From positions 1 to 64,000 of the forward strand of contig JAWVXD010000009.1 of assembly GCA_033723415.1 (NCBI GenBank): a stretch of 64,000 bases of DNA. Reading direction: 5' to 3'. Positions 50,967-61,411 of the stretch are shown piece by piece. Source of the stretch: Sulfurospirillaceae bacterium (lineage in GTDB: Bacteria; Campylobacterota; Campylobacteria; Campylobacterales; Sulfurospirillaceae). The notes beneath the pieces were generated by a model that did no database searches, was not told the origin of the DNA, and worked only from the letters and a program-made list of their open reading frames with translations. The stretch's first letter is position 1. Every line of letters begins with the position of its first letter. Position numbers and translations under genes: made by a program.

Positions 50967-51767
50967 TTATTTTTGGTGTACGTCCATCTGTGGATAAGGA
51001 ATAGAGATATTTTTTTCGTCAAAAGTCAATTTGACTTTTTCAGTTATATCAAAAAATACTCCCCAATAATCTCCACTTTTCGTCCAAGCTCTTACAGTGA
51101 AATTTACACTGCTGTTTCCAAGCTCACTAACAGCGATCAGAGAGACGGGGTCTTTGAGTATACGCTCATCTGCATCAATGATCTCTTGAAGTGTTGTCTT
51201 GGCTAGTTTTAGATCATCGTCATATCCGATACCAAAAACAAAATCCACTCTTCTGGTCTCCTTCTTAGAATAGTTGATGATGTTCTTACCGATGATAGCC
51301 GAGTTTGGTATGATTATTTGCTTATTGTCTCCCGTTTTAAGCAGAGTGCTGAAAAGATTGATCTCCTCTACAGTACCGCTAGCTCCTGCTGCATCAATAA
51401 AATCTCCAACATTGAACGGTCGAAAAAAGACCAAAAGAACACCGGCACCGATATTGGACAACGTGCCTTGAAAAGCCAGGCCTACAGCCAAACCTGCGGC
51501 TCCTAAGACTGCTATGAAAGAAGTTGTATTGACTCCAAGATTGCTAAGAGCTGCAAGTATGATAAAGACTAACAAGGCTCCATATATGATATTTGCCATA
51601 AAATGCACAATTGTTTCGTCGACTTTTGCTTTTTTCATCGCAGTTTTTGAAAATTTTGTTAACGCTTTGGCAACTATTCTACCTATGTAAAATATAAATA
51701 TCGAGCCAACAAATTTTAAGCCATAAATACTTAAAATCGTTGTAATCGAGTCAAGATTGAAGTCCAT
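50967..51767 (-). CDS. mscS: Small-conductance mechanosensitive channel
   Basis: GAAGLAVGLAFQGTLSN, RPFNVGD, IPYPQMDVH. Confidence 0.92.
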   Translation of the reverse strand: MDFNLDSITTILSIYGLKFVGSIFIFYIGRIVAKALTKFSKTAMKKAKVDETIVHFMANIIYGALLVFIILAALSNLGVNTTSFIAVLGAAGLAVGLAFQGTLSNIGAGVLLVFFRPFNVGDFIDAAGASGTVEEINLFSTLLKTGDNKQIIIPNSAIIGKNIINYSKKETRRVDFVFGIGYDDDLKLAKTTLQEIIDADERILKDPVSLIAVSELGNSSVNFTVRAWTKSGDYWGVFFDITEKVKLTFDEKNISIPYPQMDVHQK

Positions 51768-51769
51768 TG

Positions 51770-52894
51770 TTATTCACCTTTTGTAAATTTTGCATCGACT
51801 CTTCTGTTAAGAGCTCTGCCTTGCGCTGTTTTATTGCTCGCAATTGGATCTGCTTCGCCAAGTCCTTTGGTGATTATCCTATCTGGACTTATACCTAGTT
51901 TTTCTAGTTCCGCTGCTACTGCTTTTGCTCTTTTTTTAGAAAGTGCTAGATTATATTTTTGACTTCCTATAGAGTCTGTATGTCCCTCAAGTGATACTTT
52001 ATAGCTTTGATTGATAGACATAAAGTTTGCAACTTTTTCTATCTGTGTCATGTATCTCTCGTCAATAATCGCTTTATTGAATTCAAATGCAACACTAAGA
52101 TGGATTATCTTGACACATCCGTCTGGATTAACGACATTGCCCTTAGGAGTGTTTGGACATGCATCTTTGCTATCTACGACTCCGTCATGATCACTGTCCA
52201 GTTCGCAACCTTTTTGATCTACTTTTACACCCATAGGGGTATTTGGACACAGATCTTGGTTATTGTTCACACCGTCTTTGTCATCATCCAAAACAACAAC
52301 AGGGGCAGGTGCTTTTTTGGGTTCTGGTTTTGCGATTGGCTTAGCTATAGGTTCAGGCTTATAAGCTGCCACCGGTTCTGCTTTTTTGCCAAAAGGTATA
52401 CTAAATCCTACACTGTAAAACAGATTATTGTCTCCATGGCTGAATTTGATGGCATGCCTTAGTTCCGCTCTTAGAGAAAAACCGTCATTTACCATATATT
52501 TCAACCCAAGACCATAATTGAAAAATCCGCTGTCCGTATTGTCTGCAAAATGGTTTTGCATATTTTCATATCCAAAGCCGAGAAGTGAGTACAGAGATAG
52601 ATTTGATCTTAAAGGATAATATTTGAGTACATTCACAAAATATCTGTCTATGTCTGTACTTAGTGTCGAGTTTTTATAGTCTACGCTGTTTGATCTTTCA
52701 TATCCTAGTTCTACCTGATCAATGATAGACTTATCAATATTTATACCGAATCTCAATCCATAACTTAAATGGTCTTTTAAATCCAGATTCCCTTCAGGAA
52801 CGACTCCGCCGATCATAGGCGTGATCTCATATTTATAGTTTCCTGCAAATGCTAGAGTACTAATAAGCATTAGCGACATTACTAATCTTTTCAT
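51770..52894 (-). CDS. OmpA/CadF-like outer membrane protein with TSP3-like repeats
   Basis: YEITP..EGNLD; DxDxDGV..DxCPNTP twice; EGHTDS, NRRV. Confidence 0.9.
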   Translation of the reverse strand: MKRLVMSLMLISTLAFAGNYKYEITPMIGGVVPEGNLDLKDHLSYGLRFGINIDKSIIDQVELGYERSNSVDYKNSTLSTDIDRYFVNVLKYYPLRSNLSLYSLLGFGYENMQNHFADNTDSGFFNYGLGLKYMVNDGFSLRAELRHAIKFSHGDNNLFYSVGFSIPFGKKAEPVAAYKPEPIAKPIAKPEPKKAPAPVVVLDDDKDGVNNNQDLCPNTPMGVKVDQKGCELDSDHDGVVDSKDACPNTPKGNVVNPDGCVKIIHLSVAFEFNKAIIDERYMTQIEKVANFMSINQSYKVSLEGHTDSIGSQKYNLALSKKRAKAVAAELEKLGISPDRIITKGLGEADPIASNKTAQGRALNRRVDAKFTKGE

Positions 52895-52958
52895 GATGTC
52901 CTCCTTATTTAAGTTGTTAAGTAATGATTATATCACATTTTGTGTTTCATGTCTGTGT

Positions 52959-53432
52959 TTATTTGGAGATCAAATCCGCGAAAGTTATATCAAATAGTTT
53001 TTCCAGATCTTTAGGATCTATGTGTAGTTGTTGACCTCTTACACCGGCACTTAGAAAAATTTTCTCATGTTCTTGAGCACTTTTATCCATAAAGGTTCTA
53101 AACTGTTTTTTCATACCGATCACTGAACATCCGCCTCTCACATATCCTGTAGTTTTCAAAAGATCCTTCAAGGGGAGCATCGTACATCTTTTACATTTTG
53201 CAGACTTTGCCAACTTTTTTAGATCTAGCTCATCATCACCGGGTATGCAGGCGACCAGGGGGATATTGTTTTCATCCAAAAGCAGCAATGTCTTAAATAT
53301 ATTTTTTGCATCTATGTTCAAGATCTCCGCTACATGAGCAGCGCTTAGATCGTCCTCGTCTACTTTGTATTCATGTAACTCATAGGGTATCTTATGTTTG
53401 TCCAATATCCTTGCGGCGTTTGTCTTTTTCAT
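52959..53432 (-). CDS. ybaK: Cys-tRNA(Pro) deacylase
   Basis: KTNAARIL, IFKTL, TGYVRGGCS, SAGVRG. Confidence 0.92.
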   Translation of the reverse strand: MKKTNAARILDKHKIPYELHEYKVDEDDLSAAHVAEILNIDAKNIFKTLLLLDENNIPLVACIPGDDELDLKKLAKSAKCKRCTMLPLKDLLKTTGYVRGGCSVIGMKKQFRTFMDKSAQEHEKIFLSAGVRGQQLHIDPKDLEKLFDITFADLISK

Positions 53433-55222
53433 GGTCTTTGTCTTAGCTCTTTTGCTTTTTGTATAAATTCATCTCCGTACTTCTCGAGTTTTGACGGTCC
53501 AACGCCATTGATCTGCAAAAAACTATCTTTATCATTCGGCAGTTTTTGAGCCATCTCTTTTAGTGTTGCATCTGAAAATACTATATAGGCAGGAACTCCT
53601 GCTTTGGCTGCTATTTGTGATCTAAGAGTTCTAAGCGCATCAAAGTTATCATCTTTTAGTGCAACTTTATTGCTCAGTGCTATCTTCTCTTCTTTTTCAA
53701 ATATCTCTGCTTTGGCAGATATCTCGACATTTCCTCTCAAAAGTTCGCTTCCGTAAGCTGTGATAAGAAGCTCTTTGAACTCTCCTCTTTTTATAGCATC
53801 CTTTTCAAAAAGCTTGTCTATGAGTAGTTCCCAGCTGTGTTTGTCAAGTTTGCTCCCTATGCCGTATACACTTAGCTTGTCATGATGATTGTCAAGTATT
53901 TTTTTGCCTCTGCTGCCTCGTAATATATCTATGATATAAGTCTGTCCGAAACTTTGATTCGTGCGGTAAATCGCAGAGAGCAGCATCCTCGCTTCACGCG
54001 TTACGTCTACTTCTTCTTGTTTTTCTTTTGCACAGTTGTCACATGAGCGTTCGCATTCATCCATATCTTCTTCAAAGTAATTTACAAGCATCTTGTGCCT
54101 GCAATCTGTTGCATTTGCATAGCGGTATAGCTTTTCTATTTTCTCTTTTGCCAGATTTTTATATCTCTCATCATCTATGTTGTTCATCAACTCGCTTTTT
54201 TTGATGACATCACTCATAGAGTAAAGCAGCAGACATTCACTTTGCAGTCCGTCTCTTCCTGCCCGTCCTATCTCTTGATAATAACCTTCTATGCTTTTTG
54301 GAAGATCCATATGCACGACAAATCTGACATTGCTTTTGTCTATGCCCATCCCAAATGCGATGGTAGCTACGATGATCTTAGTCTCGTCTTTTATAAATGA
54401 ACTCTGTATCTCTTTTCTAAGCTCACTTTTCAATCCTGCATGATATGCCTTGGCTTTAAATTTTTTGGATTGCAAAAATGATGCCAGATCGGCACACTCT
54501 TTTCTTGTAAACGTATATATGATGCCGCTTTCTTTGTTGTATGCTTCCAAAAATTTTATGAGCTCCACTCTTCCGTTGCCTTTTCGTTTTTTGACATTTA
54601 GTACTAGATTGTCTCTAAAAAAGCTTCCTTTCAGCACGGTTGGATCGTTTAGTTTGAGTGATTTGACGATGTCTTTTGCTACCATATCTGTAGCGGTTGC
54701 CGTAAATGCTGCGATAGGGATATGCGGAAACTCAGCTTTTAGATAGTGTAGCTTTCGATAATCAGGCCTAAACTCATGTCCCCATTCACTGACGCAATGT
54801 GCCTCGTCTATGACGATAAAGCTGACATCTATCTGATGAAGTAGATTTTTGAAACTTTCCATAACGGCTCTCTCAGGGGAGACGTATAAAAGTGAAATTT
54901 CCTTGTTGTTTATCTTCCTGTAGACTTCTTGTATCTCATTTGCATCTAGTTCACTTGTCAGTTTATCTGCTTTGATGTTGTTGTCGGTGAGATTTATGAT
55001 CTGGTCATTTATGAGGGCTATCAATGGAGAAATTACTATAGCTATCTTGTCTTTAAAAGATATAGCAGGGAGTTGATAGCACAGTGATTTTCCACCGCCT
55101 GTCGGTAAGATCGTCAGTAGATCTCTCTTTGCGAGGATCGCTTCTATACTCTCTCTTTGCAAAGGTTTAAATGTGTTGTAGCCAAAAATTTTATGTAATA
55201 TCTGTTTGATTTTTATCTCCAA
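53429..55222 (-). CDS. recQ: ATP-dependent DNA helicase RecQ
   Basis: PTGGGKSLCYQLP, DEAHC, YYQEIGRAGRDG, HRDC. Confidence 0.96.
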   Translation of the reverse strand: MEIKIKQILHKIFGYNTFKPLQRESIEAILAKRDLLTILPTGGGKSLCYQLPAISFKDKIAIVISPLIALINDQIINLTDNNIKADKLTSELDANEIQEVYRKINNKEISLLYVSPERAVMESFKNLLHQIDVSFIVIDEAHCVSEWGHEFRPDYRKLHYLKAEFPHIPIAAFTATATDMVAKDIVKSLKLNDPTVLKGSFFRDNLVLNVKKRKGNGRVELIKFLEAYNKESGIIYTFTRKECADLASFLQSKKFKAKAYHAGLKSELRKEIQSSFIKDETKIIVATIAFGMGIDKSNVRFVVHMDLPKSIEGYYQEIGRAGRDGLQSECLLLYSMSDVIKKSELMNNIDDERYKNLAKEKIEKLYRYANATDCRHKMLVNYFEEDMDECERSCDNCAKEKQEEVDVTREARMLLSAIYRTNQSFGQTYIIDILRGSRGKKILDNHHDKLSVYGIGSKLDKHSWELLIDKLFEKDAIKRGEFKELLITAYGSELLRGNVEISAKAEIFEKEEKIALSNKVALKDDNFDALRTLRSQIAAKAGVPAYIVFSDATLKEMAQKLPNDKDSFLQINGVGPSKLEKYGDEFIQKAKELRQRP

Positions 55223-55334
55223 GCCTGTGAAATTATAACTATTATAGCATTTTAACTTTTCATTTTCATTTCATTTTAGATGTTTATAATTCAAAAATGT
55301 CTATAATGTAAAGACTATAAATATAAGGAAAACA

Positions 55335-55763
55335 ATGAACAAAACTAAAATCTTCTTATTAATCGTTGTCTTGGCCGTGTTGATTCAGTTTATACCTTAC
55401 GGAAAAGATCATGTAAATCCGCAAGTCGTAAGCTCACCAAAATGGGATAGCCCAAAAACTAAACAGCTGTTTGATAACACTTGTGCCGATTGTCATAGTT
55501 TTGAGACAAAGTGGCCTTGGTACAGTAAAATAGCTCCAGTCTCTTGGTTAGTTTACAGTGATGTTCAAGAAGGTCGTGAACATTTTAATGTTTCAGCTTG
55601 GGGCGTACAAAAGAAAAACAAAGGTGATGAAGCAGCAAAAGCGGTAGAAGAGGGTGATATGCCGATGTTTATCTATCCTTGGATGCATCCAAAAGCCAGA
55701 CTATCCGACCAAGATAAAAAAGATCTTATCTCAGGATTAAAAGCAACTTTCGGAGAAAAATAA
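55335..55763 (+). CDS. Heme-binding (CxxCH) domain protein
   Basis: CADCH, WPWYS..APVSW, MP. Confidence 0.85.
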   Translation: MNKTKIFLLIVVLAVLIQFIPYGKDHVNPQVVSSPKWDSPKTKQLFDNTCADCHSFETKWPWYSKIAPVSWLVYSDVQEGREHFNVSAWGVQKKNKGDEAAKAVEEGDMPMFIYPWMHPKARLSDQDKKDLISGLKATFGEK

Positions 55764-55775
55764 AATATCTTCGGT

Positions 55776-55809
55776 GATGGGAAAGCATGTTCTTGCTTTC
55801 CCATCTTTT
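55776..55809 (+). terminator. Intrinsic terminator
   Basis: GATGGGAAAGCA/TGCTTTCCCATC 12-bp stem plus TTTT. Confidence 0.8.
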
Positions 55810-56018
55810 ATACCGCACTGTCCCTGAGATTCTATGTACTTTCAACATTATTTTCGCATACTTTAATGCATATTTTTTAGTTTATTCCAAGCTGTTTTAC
55901 ATATAATAATAGTGTTCTAGCGCAGAAGTGACCGTGCCTGCGAGAATAGGAAATCTCTTGCAGAGTTTCCTTAACCGTGTAAAATTGCGATGGAGTACTG
56001 AGAGCTTAAAGGGAAAGA

Positions 56019-56819
56019 ATGGAATGTAAACGCATAAAAACAGTATATTTTTCACCAACAAGAACAACAAAAAAAGTCTTAGAAAGTATCGCCTATGGAA
56101 TCGGTGCTGATGAGGTTGAGGATTTTGATTTGACATATCCCCTAAACACTCAGCAAACAATCGCAACATCTTCAGATGAAATTGTTATTTTCGGAGCACC
56201 TGTATATGCCGGTCGTTTGCCTGTTGAAGCAGTCCGGCGTTTTAAACAATTAAGAGCAAACAATACCTTGGCTATTATCGTAGTCGTGTATGGAAATAGA
56301 GAATTTGAAGATGCCTTGTTAGAGTTAAAAAATCTAGTGATCGAATTAGGATTTACTCCTATCGCAGGAGGTGCTTTTATAGGAGAACACTCATACTCAA
56401 CAGATGAAACTCCTATCGCTAAGGGAAGACCGGATCGTTTGGATATTCAAAATACAATGGAATTTAGTCTAAAGATAAAAGAAAAAATCAAAACTTTATC
56501 AACACCTCAAATGCAAATTGATTTAGAAATTCCCGGTAATTTCCCATATAAAGATGCAATGCCGCCTAACAAAGTTGCTCCGGTAACAGATAAAAATCTT
56601 TGTAATGAATGCGGTATGTGTATTGATCTTTGTCCGATGGAAGCTATTTTTCTTGAAGAGCATATCAAAACAAATGCTGAATTATGTATTCGTTGTTGTG
56701 CTTGTATCAAGAATTGTCCTAATGAAGCCAAAGTGATTGAAGATAGTGCGTGGAAAGCGATAGGTGCTAGATTAAACGCAAATTGTAGCACACGGAAAGA
56801 ACCACAATTTTTTCTATAA
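56019..56819 (+). CDS. Flavodoxin-like/2x[4Fe-4S] protein (EFR1-like)
   Basis: YFSPT, PVYAGR, YGNR; two CxxCxxCxxxCP. Confidence 0.88.
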   Translation: MECKRIKTVYFSPTRTTKKVLESIAYGIGADEVEDFDLTYPLNTQQTIATSSDEIVIFGAPVYAGRLPVEAVRRFKQLRANNTLAIIVVVYGNREFEDALLELKNLVIELGFTPIAGGAFIGEHSYSTDETPIAKGRPDRLDIQNTMEFSLKIKEKIKTLSTPQMQIDLEIPGNFPYKDAMPPNKVAPVTDKNLCNECGMCIDLCPMEAIFLEEHIKTNAELCIRCCACIKNCPNEAKVIEDSAWKAIGARLNANCSTRKEPQFFL

Positions 56820-56883
56820 AGTTTCTAATCTTCGGGATTGGTAGATGATTAGAAATATTGTTTTATGAAATTCTCAAGCCGGC

Positions 56884-57417
56884 TTATTCTTTCTCATCCA
56901 TAAGGCGTTGATACTCTTTTTCCATGACGATATCCTGAGTGCTTTCAATGCGATCAAGAAAAACGGTAGCGATGAGGTGGTCGTATTCATGTTGAAAAAG
57001 ACGCGCTAAAAAATCTTTGAAAATCGCATGTTGTTCTTTTCCTTGCCTGTCAAAATAGCTGACTTCTACTTGTGTATGTCTTGGAACGCGCGCGCGAATA
57101 CCGGGCAAACTCAAACACCCCTCCCAATCTTTCACGCTTTTCTCTGAGACTGATATGATGCGAGGGTTGATCAGTGCGGTTGGCTCCATCATCGGGGCAT
57201 GCGGATAGCGTTTATTTGGAGAAGAAGCCATGATGATAATACACAAAGATTGCCCGACTTGCGGTGCGGCAATGCCCATGCCTTTAGACTCTTTACAAGT
57301 AAAGATCATATCGTCTATCAATGCTTGTGTTTGGAGCGCATGAATGTCGCTCACCTTTTGCGCGATGGTGCGTATAACAGGAGCACCAAGTTGCGATATA
57401 TTTAAAATTTGAGGCAT
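56884..57417 (-). CDS. def: Peptide deformylase
   Basis: GMGIAAPQ, EGCLS, HEYDH. Confidence 0.95.
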   Translation of the reverse strand: MPQILNISQLGAPVIRTIAQKVSDIHALQTQALIDDMIFTCKESKGMGIAAPQVGQSLCIIIMASSPNKRYPHAPMMEPTALINPRIISVSEKSVKDWEGCLSLPGIRARVPRHTQVEVSYFDRQGKEQHAIFKDFLARLFQHEYDHLIATVFLDRIESTQDIVMEKEYQRLMDEKE

Positions 57418-57488
57418 CCGGTATTCCTTTGATCTTTCATTTTGTCATCATATTATGATTTATAACACTATATCGCATATAAACTTAT

Positions 57489-58067
57489 TTATAAAAGATG
57501 TTTTATAAGCATCTTCTCTTCTTCGACTGAGAGATAACGCCACTTGCCGATTTCAATGTCCAGCTTAAAGCTGCCTATGCTAACTCTTTTTAAATCTAAA
57601 ACCTTTAAGGGTGTGCCAAATTTTGGGTCTTTGAGTGCTCCGAAAAGTCGGCGTATATGACGATTTTTCCCCTCGTCGATTATGACTCTTAGTTTTGTTT
57701 TCGCACCGCCCGTGCTTATCTTTTGTACTTCAAGAGCTTTGAGCAGACCGTGTGGGCTTTGCACTCCATGTAAAGCCTCTGCGATAAGTTCATCGCTCAC
57801 ATGACCTCTGACCCAGATCTCGTAAACTTTCATGCAATTGCCTGGTTTGGTCAAAGCATCTCCGATTTTGCCCTCAGTTGTAAAGAGTAAAAGCCCTTTA
57901 GATTCTAGATCAAGACGTCCGATAGGCATCCATCCCTCGTTAAAGGCCCACTCAGGCAAAAGATCATAGACTGTTTTTCTCCCAAGTTCATCAGAACGTG
58001 TGACCACGTAACCTTTGGGCTTATTGAGGACTAACAGTTTTTTTGAATCTTTTGTTGTTCTGTTCAT
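57489..58067 (-). CDS. RsuA-family pseudouridine synthase lacking an S4 domain
   Basis: LNKPKG, GRLD, EGKNRHIRR. Confidence 0.9.
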   Translation of the reverse strand: MNRTTKDSKKLLVLNKPKGYVVTRSDELGRKTVYDLLPEWAFNEGWMPIGRLDLESKGLLLFTTEGKIGDALTKPGNCMKVYEIWVRGHVSDELIAEALHGVQSPHGLLKALEVQKISTGGAKTKLRVIIDEGKNRHIRRLFGALKDPKFGTPLKVLDLKRVSIGSFKLDIEIGKWRYLSVEEEKMLIKHLL

Positions 58068-58206
58068 CAGAAGTATTCCTTAGGTGTTCACAGTCAGAAC
58101 TATGTTTAAGAACATTATATATGGCAGAGCTTGGATCTAGCTAAATAAATGGAGATAATTAGACACTTTATCTACTAAATTTTGGAATTTCTACACAGAA
58201 TTTTTT

Positions 58207-58926
58207 TTAGTAGATCCACGGTATCAAACGATAGCGTACACGCTGCGTATAATCCAGATATCCGGATAACTCTTCCTTAAGTGTTCGGTCTTCTAAAGCA
58301 GTTCTGATCACGGATATTATAAGCGCCACTATGGCAGGGATGAGCACCCACACCGAGCTAAATGCTAACATCATGCCAGGAAGTGCCAGCAGATTTCCTG
58401 CATAACCTGGATGTCGTACGAGCCGATAAGGACCGCTATCGCAGAGTGAATGTCCCCGATCCGTTTGGATATGCACAGTAGAGGAGAAAAAACGGTTCTC
58501 TACTAAAGCCCAGGAGGCAAATGCGTACCCCAGTGCGATGATAACAAGACCTAAGATGTTCAGCCAAGTAGAGAACTGAGGTGTCCACTCATAGCGGTGA
58601 TCAAGTCCTGCAACGATAACAATGGGAAATGTGAGACTAATCGCCATAAGCGGAGAAAGCACCTTGTCCCATGGTTTTGCATTGAGCGTTTTTTCCGAGG
58701 TAAACCGTTCTACCAAAATTCCCGGATGCCGTTTTTCTGCCAAGAAACGTCCGCCTATACCTGCTGCAAATATCAGCACTAAATATACCCAAGCCTGCCA
58801 CCAGAGTAAATCTCCTCCGCAAACAAGTAAAAGTAGAGGGATGAAAAGATACGTGAAAGACAAAGCTAACCAAAGGCTAGGACTTGGGGATTGAGATATA
58901 TTTGGATCAACGGTTTTTGGTGTCAT
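58207..58926 (-). CDS. ICMT/PEMT-family membrane methyltransferase
   Basis: GPYRLVRHPGY, EDRTL, YRLIPWIY. Confidence 0.88.
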   Translation of the reverse strand: MTPKTVDPNISQSPSPSLWLALSFTYLFIPLLLLVCGGDLLWWQAWVYLVLIFAAGIGGRFLAEKRHPGILVERFTSEKTLNAKPWDKVLSPLMAISLTFPIVIVAGLDHRYEWTPQFSTWLNILGLVIIALGYAFASWALVENRFFSSTVHIQTDRGHSLCDSGPYRLVRHPGYAGNLLALPGMMLAFSSVWVLIPAIVALIISVIRTALEDRTLKEELSGYLDYTQRVRYRLIPWIY

Positions 58927-59049
58927 CTTTTACTCCTAAACAAAGTCGTAATCTCAATGAATGGCTATCTTAACAAGCTCATTGCAAGTAAAAAAGCTTG
59001 GGCTTAGTGATTACAACAATTTGGTAAACTGTCATCGTAATTCTCGTTC

Positions 59050-59607
59050 TTACCATTTCTCTTTTGGTGGGATATACTCTTGGATAGCTTTCAATAGTTT
59101 TTCTTGGTCATTAGTTCTGATCAACATATCAGAATACTCTTGTTTTAAAAATTTTGCATCACACATAGTATCTATCATCTCAAATAGCTTATCATAAAAT
59201 CCATTTACATTGAAAAAAGCGCAAGCTTTCGTATGAAATCCAAGTTGTGCCCAGGTCCAAACCTCAAAAATCTCTTCTAAAGTTCCGGCACCTCCTGGAA
59301 GTACGACAAAAGCATCAGCTAACTCTGCCATTACCGCTTTTCTCTCATGCATATCTGCAACTATTTTTAAATCAGTTATTCCGTCATGAGCTAACTCTTT
59401 TTCTTGTAATTTTTCAGGAATCACTCCATAAACTTTTCCACCGTTTTTCATCACAGAATCTGCAAGTGTCCCCATAAGTCCAACTTTTCCACCACCATAA
59501 ACTACATCCACATTATTTTGTGCAAAAAATTTACCTAGTTGTTCTGTGGCATTGGTATACTTTATATCATCTCCGCTGCTTGATCCACAAAAAACTGCAA
59601 TTTTCAT
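59050..59607 (-). CDS. LOG-family (TIGR00730-like) protein
   Basis: VFCGSS, YGGG..GLMG, PGGAGTLEE. Confidence 0.92.
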   Translation of the reverse strand: MKIAVFCGSSSGDDIKYTNATEQLGKFFAQNNVDVVYGGGKVGLMGTLADSVMKNGGKVYGVIPEKLQEKELAHDGITDLKIVADMHERKAVMAELADAFVVLPGGAGTLEEIFEVWTWAQLGFHTKACAFFNVNGFYDKLFEMIDTMCDAKFLKQEYSDMLIRTNDQEKLLKAIQEYIPPKEKW

Positions 59608-59697
59608 AAGTATATTTCCTTTTATCCTTTGAATCGGTTGAATAAAGATTTTATCTAATTTCAACTACTGTACAAATTAAAATAAATGGAACTCCAA

Positions 59698-59760
59698 GGA
59701 CAGTATACTTAGCTCTGGATTCTTCATCTATAACGATTTTTTAGTTAGCTATCCTGTACC
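59698..59760 (+). repeat. Family A inverted-repeat element, copy A1
   Basis: GGACAGTATACTTAGCT...GATTTTTTAGTTAGCTATCCTGTACC. Confidence 0.8.
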
Positions 59761-59774
59761 CGAAATTCGTCTTT

Positions 59775-60338
59775 TTATTTTTCTGTCAAAAATGCCATAA
59801 TTTTCTCAAAGTGTCGCTCGATCCCTTCAAAACTATGATTGCCGCCTTCTTCTAAAATCGTTTGAGCATGAGGCAGTGCGTCACAAGCTTCTGCATAGTC
59901 CAAAACTTCATCGCCTTTTTGAAGTAAGAGTAAGATAGCCTTTTCTTCCGGCTCTTCAATCTCGTAATTAACCAGCATATCAAGGTGTGATTCATTCCAC
60001 TCGTAGCTTGAGTCATCATAATAATTCACCCCATGCCCAAGCGCTTGATGCAGTGTTTCAGGAGCATTAACTGCAGGATTGATAAGCACGGCTTTGAGGT
60101 TGTATTTATCACTTAAATAGAGTGCATAATACCCACCCAAAGAAGAGCCGATCAGATAAACAGGTTCATGTTCTAGATAGGACTCGATCAGTTCACTCAG
60201 CGTTTTAATAGCCAAATCAGGAATATTAGGCAAAGATGGAGCGATAAAACGGATCTGTTTTTGAGCACAATAAGAACGTAAAGCCTTCGCCTTATTTGCC
60301 TCTCCACTTGAACCAAATCCGTGAATATAGATAATCAT
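59775..60338 (-). CDS. YqiA/YcfP-family alpha/beta hydrolase
   Basis: YIHGFGSS, GSSLGG, INPAV, GDEVLD, GGNHSF. Confidence 0.9.
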   Translation of the reverse strand: MIIYIHGFGSSGEANKAKALRSYCAQKQIRFIAPSLPNIPDLAIKTLSELIESYLEHEPVYLIGSSLGGYYALYLSDKYNLKAVLINPAVNAPETLHQALGHGVNYYDDSSYEWNESHLDMLVNYEIEEPEEKAILLLLQKGDEVLDYAEACDALPHAQTILEEGGNHSFEGIERHFEKIMAFLTEK

Positions 60339-60451
60339 CACACATCCTTTATATGTAAATATAAAATTGTAGTGTAACATATATTCATAAAAAACGTTAT
60401 CTTTAGAATCCATATAGTAATGCCAAAAAAGCTGCAATTTGATGGAGTTCT

Positions 60452-60514
60452 GGTGAATATATCTAACTTTATATTCTTCATAGATAACGATTTTTTAGTT
60501 AGGTATCCTATTCC
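60452..60514 (+). repeat. Family A element, copy A2
   Basis: GGTGAATATATCTAACT...GATTTTTTAGTTAGGTATCCTATTCC. Confidence 0.8.
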
Positions 60515-60603
60515 ACGAATTCACTGCAGTATCTCAGATAAAAACAAGTCATTTTATATATAATGTTTGTTAAACAAATAGTGAGACAAGGAGGTACCAG
60601 GAT

Positions 60604-61332
60604 ATGAACTCTGAACGCATCGCGCTTGTAACCGGAGCAAATAAAGGAATCGGGCTGCAAGTTGCACGAGAACTTGCCCTGTTGGGTTATACTGTCTTGA
60701 TTGGGGCTCGCTCAAAGACCCTCGGGATGGAAGTTGCAGCAAAATTCACCGAAGAGGGTTTTCGTGCTGTCTTTATCCCGATCGATGTCACCGATCCCTC
60801 CACGATCAGCGTAGCGGCGAGGGATATAAACGAACGCTTTGGGAGACTTGATGTTCTCATCAACAATGCAGGTATTTGCCTAGATGCGGGATTGCTACCG
60901 AGTCAGGTCAGTTTGGAAATACTTCGCAAAACCTTTGATACCAACGTTTTTGGCGCTTTTTCAGTTTTACAAACGATGCTTCCATTGCTGCGCAAATCTG
61001 TAGCAGCAAGAGTGGTCAATATGTCATCCGGATTGGGTTCATTGACTTTAAACAGTGATCCAAACTATGAGTTTGCACAGTTTAAATTGCTCGCATACAA
61101 TGCGTCCAAAACCGCGCTAAATGCGATGACAGTTCAATTTGCTCATGAATTGAAAGGCTCCTCCATAAAGATCAACTCAGCCGATCCTGGTTTTACGGCA
61201 ACGGATCTCAATGGTCACCGAGGTATCGGCACTACGGAGCAGGCAGCATCGATCGTGTTGAGACTTGCTACTCTTCCGGAATCCGGACCAAACGGTGGAT
61301 TTTTTGATCAAAATGGACAAGTTCCTTGGTGA
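60604..61332 (+). CDS. Short-chain dehydrogenase/reductase (carbonyl reductase-like)
   Basis: TGANKGIG, NNAG, YNASK, PGFTATD. Confidence 0.93.
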   Translation: MNSERIALVTGANKGIGLQVARELALLGYTVLIGARSKTLGMEVAAKFTEEGFRAVFIPIDVTDPSTISVAARDINERFGRLDVLINNAGICLDAGLLPSQVSLEILRKTFDTNVFGAFSVLQTMLPLLRKSVAARVVNMSSGLGSLTLNSDPNYEFAQFKLLAYNASKTALNAMTVQFAHELKGSSIKINSADPGFTATDLNGHRGIGTTEQAASIVLRLATLPESGPNGGFFDQNGQVPW

Positions 61333-61359
61333 AACGCTCTAACCATCATAGGCAATTCT

Positions 61360-61399
61360 AGTGACAGTATCCCTAATTCCATATTCTTTACATGTAAAG
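61360..61399 (+). repeat. Family A element, left half only (A3)
   Basis: GTGACAGTATCCCTAATTCCATATTCTTTACATGTAAAG. Confidence 0.65.
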
Positions 61400-61411
61400 C
61401 GTTTCTCTCTG

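Noticed and set aside
55940..56018. Cobalamin riboswitch (AATAGGAA, AAAGGGAA words)
   Set aside because: B12 box and the CCCGC/ACTG core are missing
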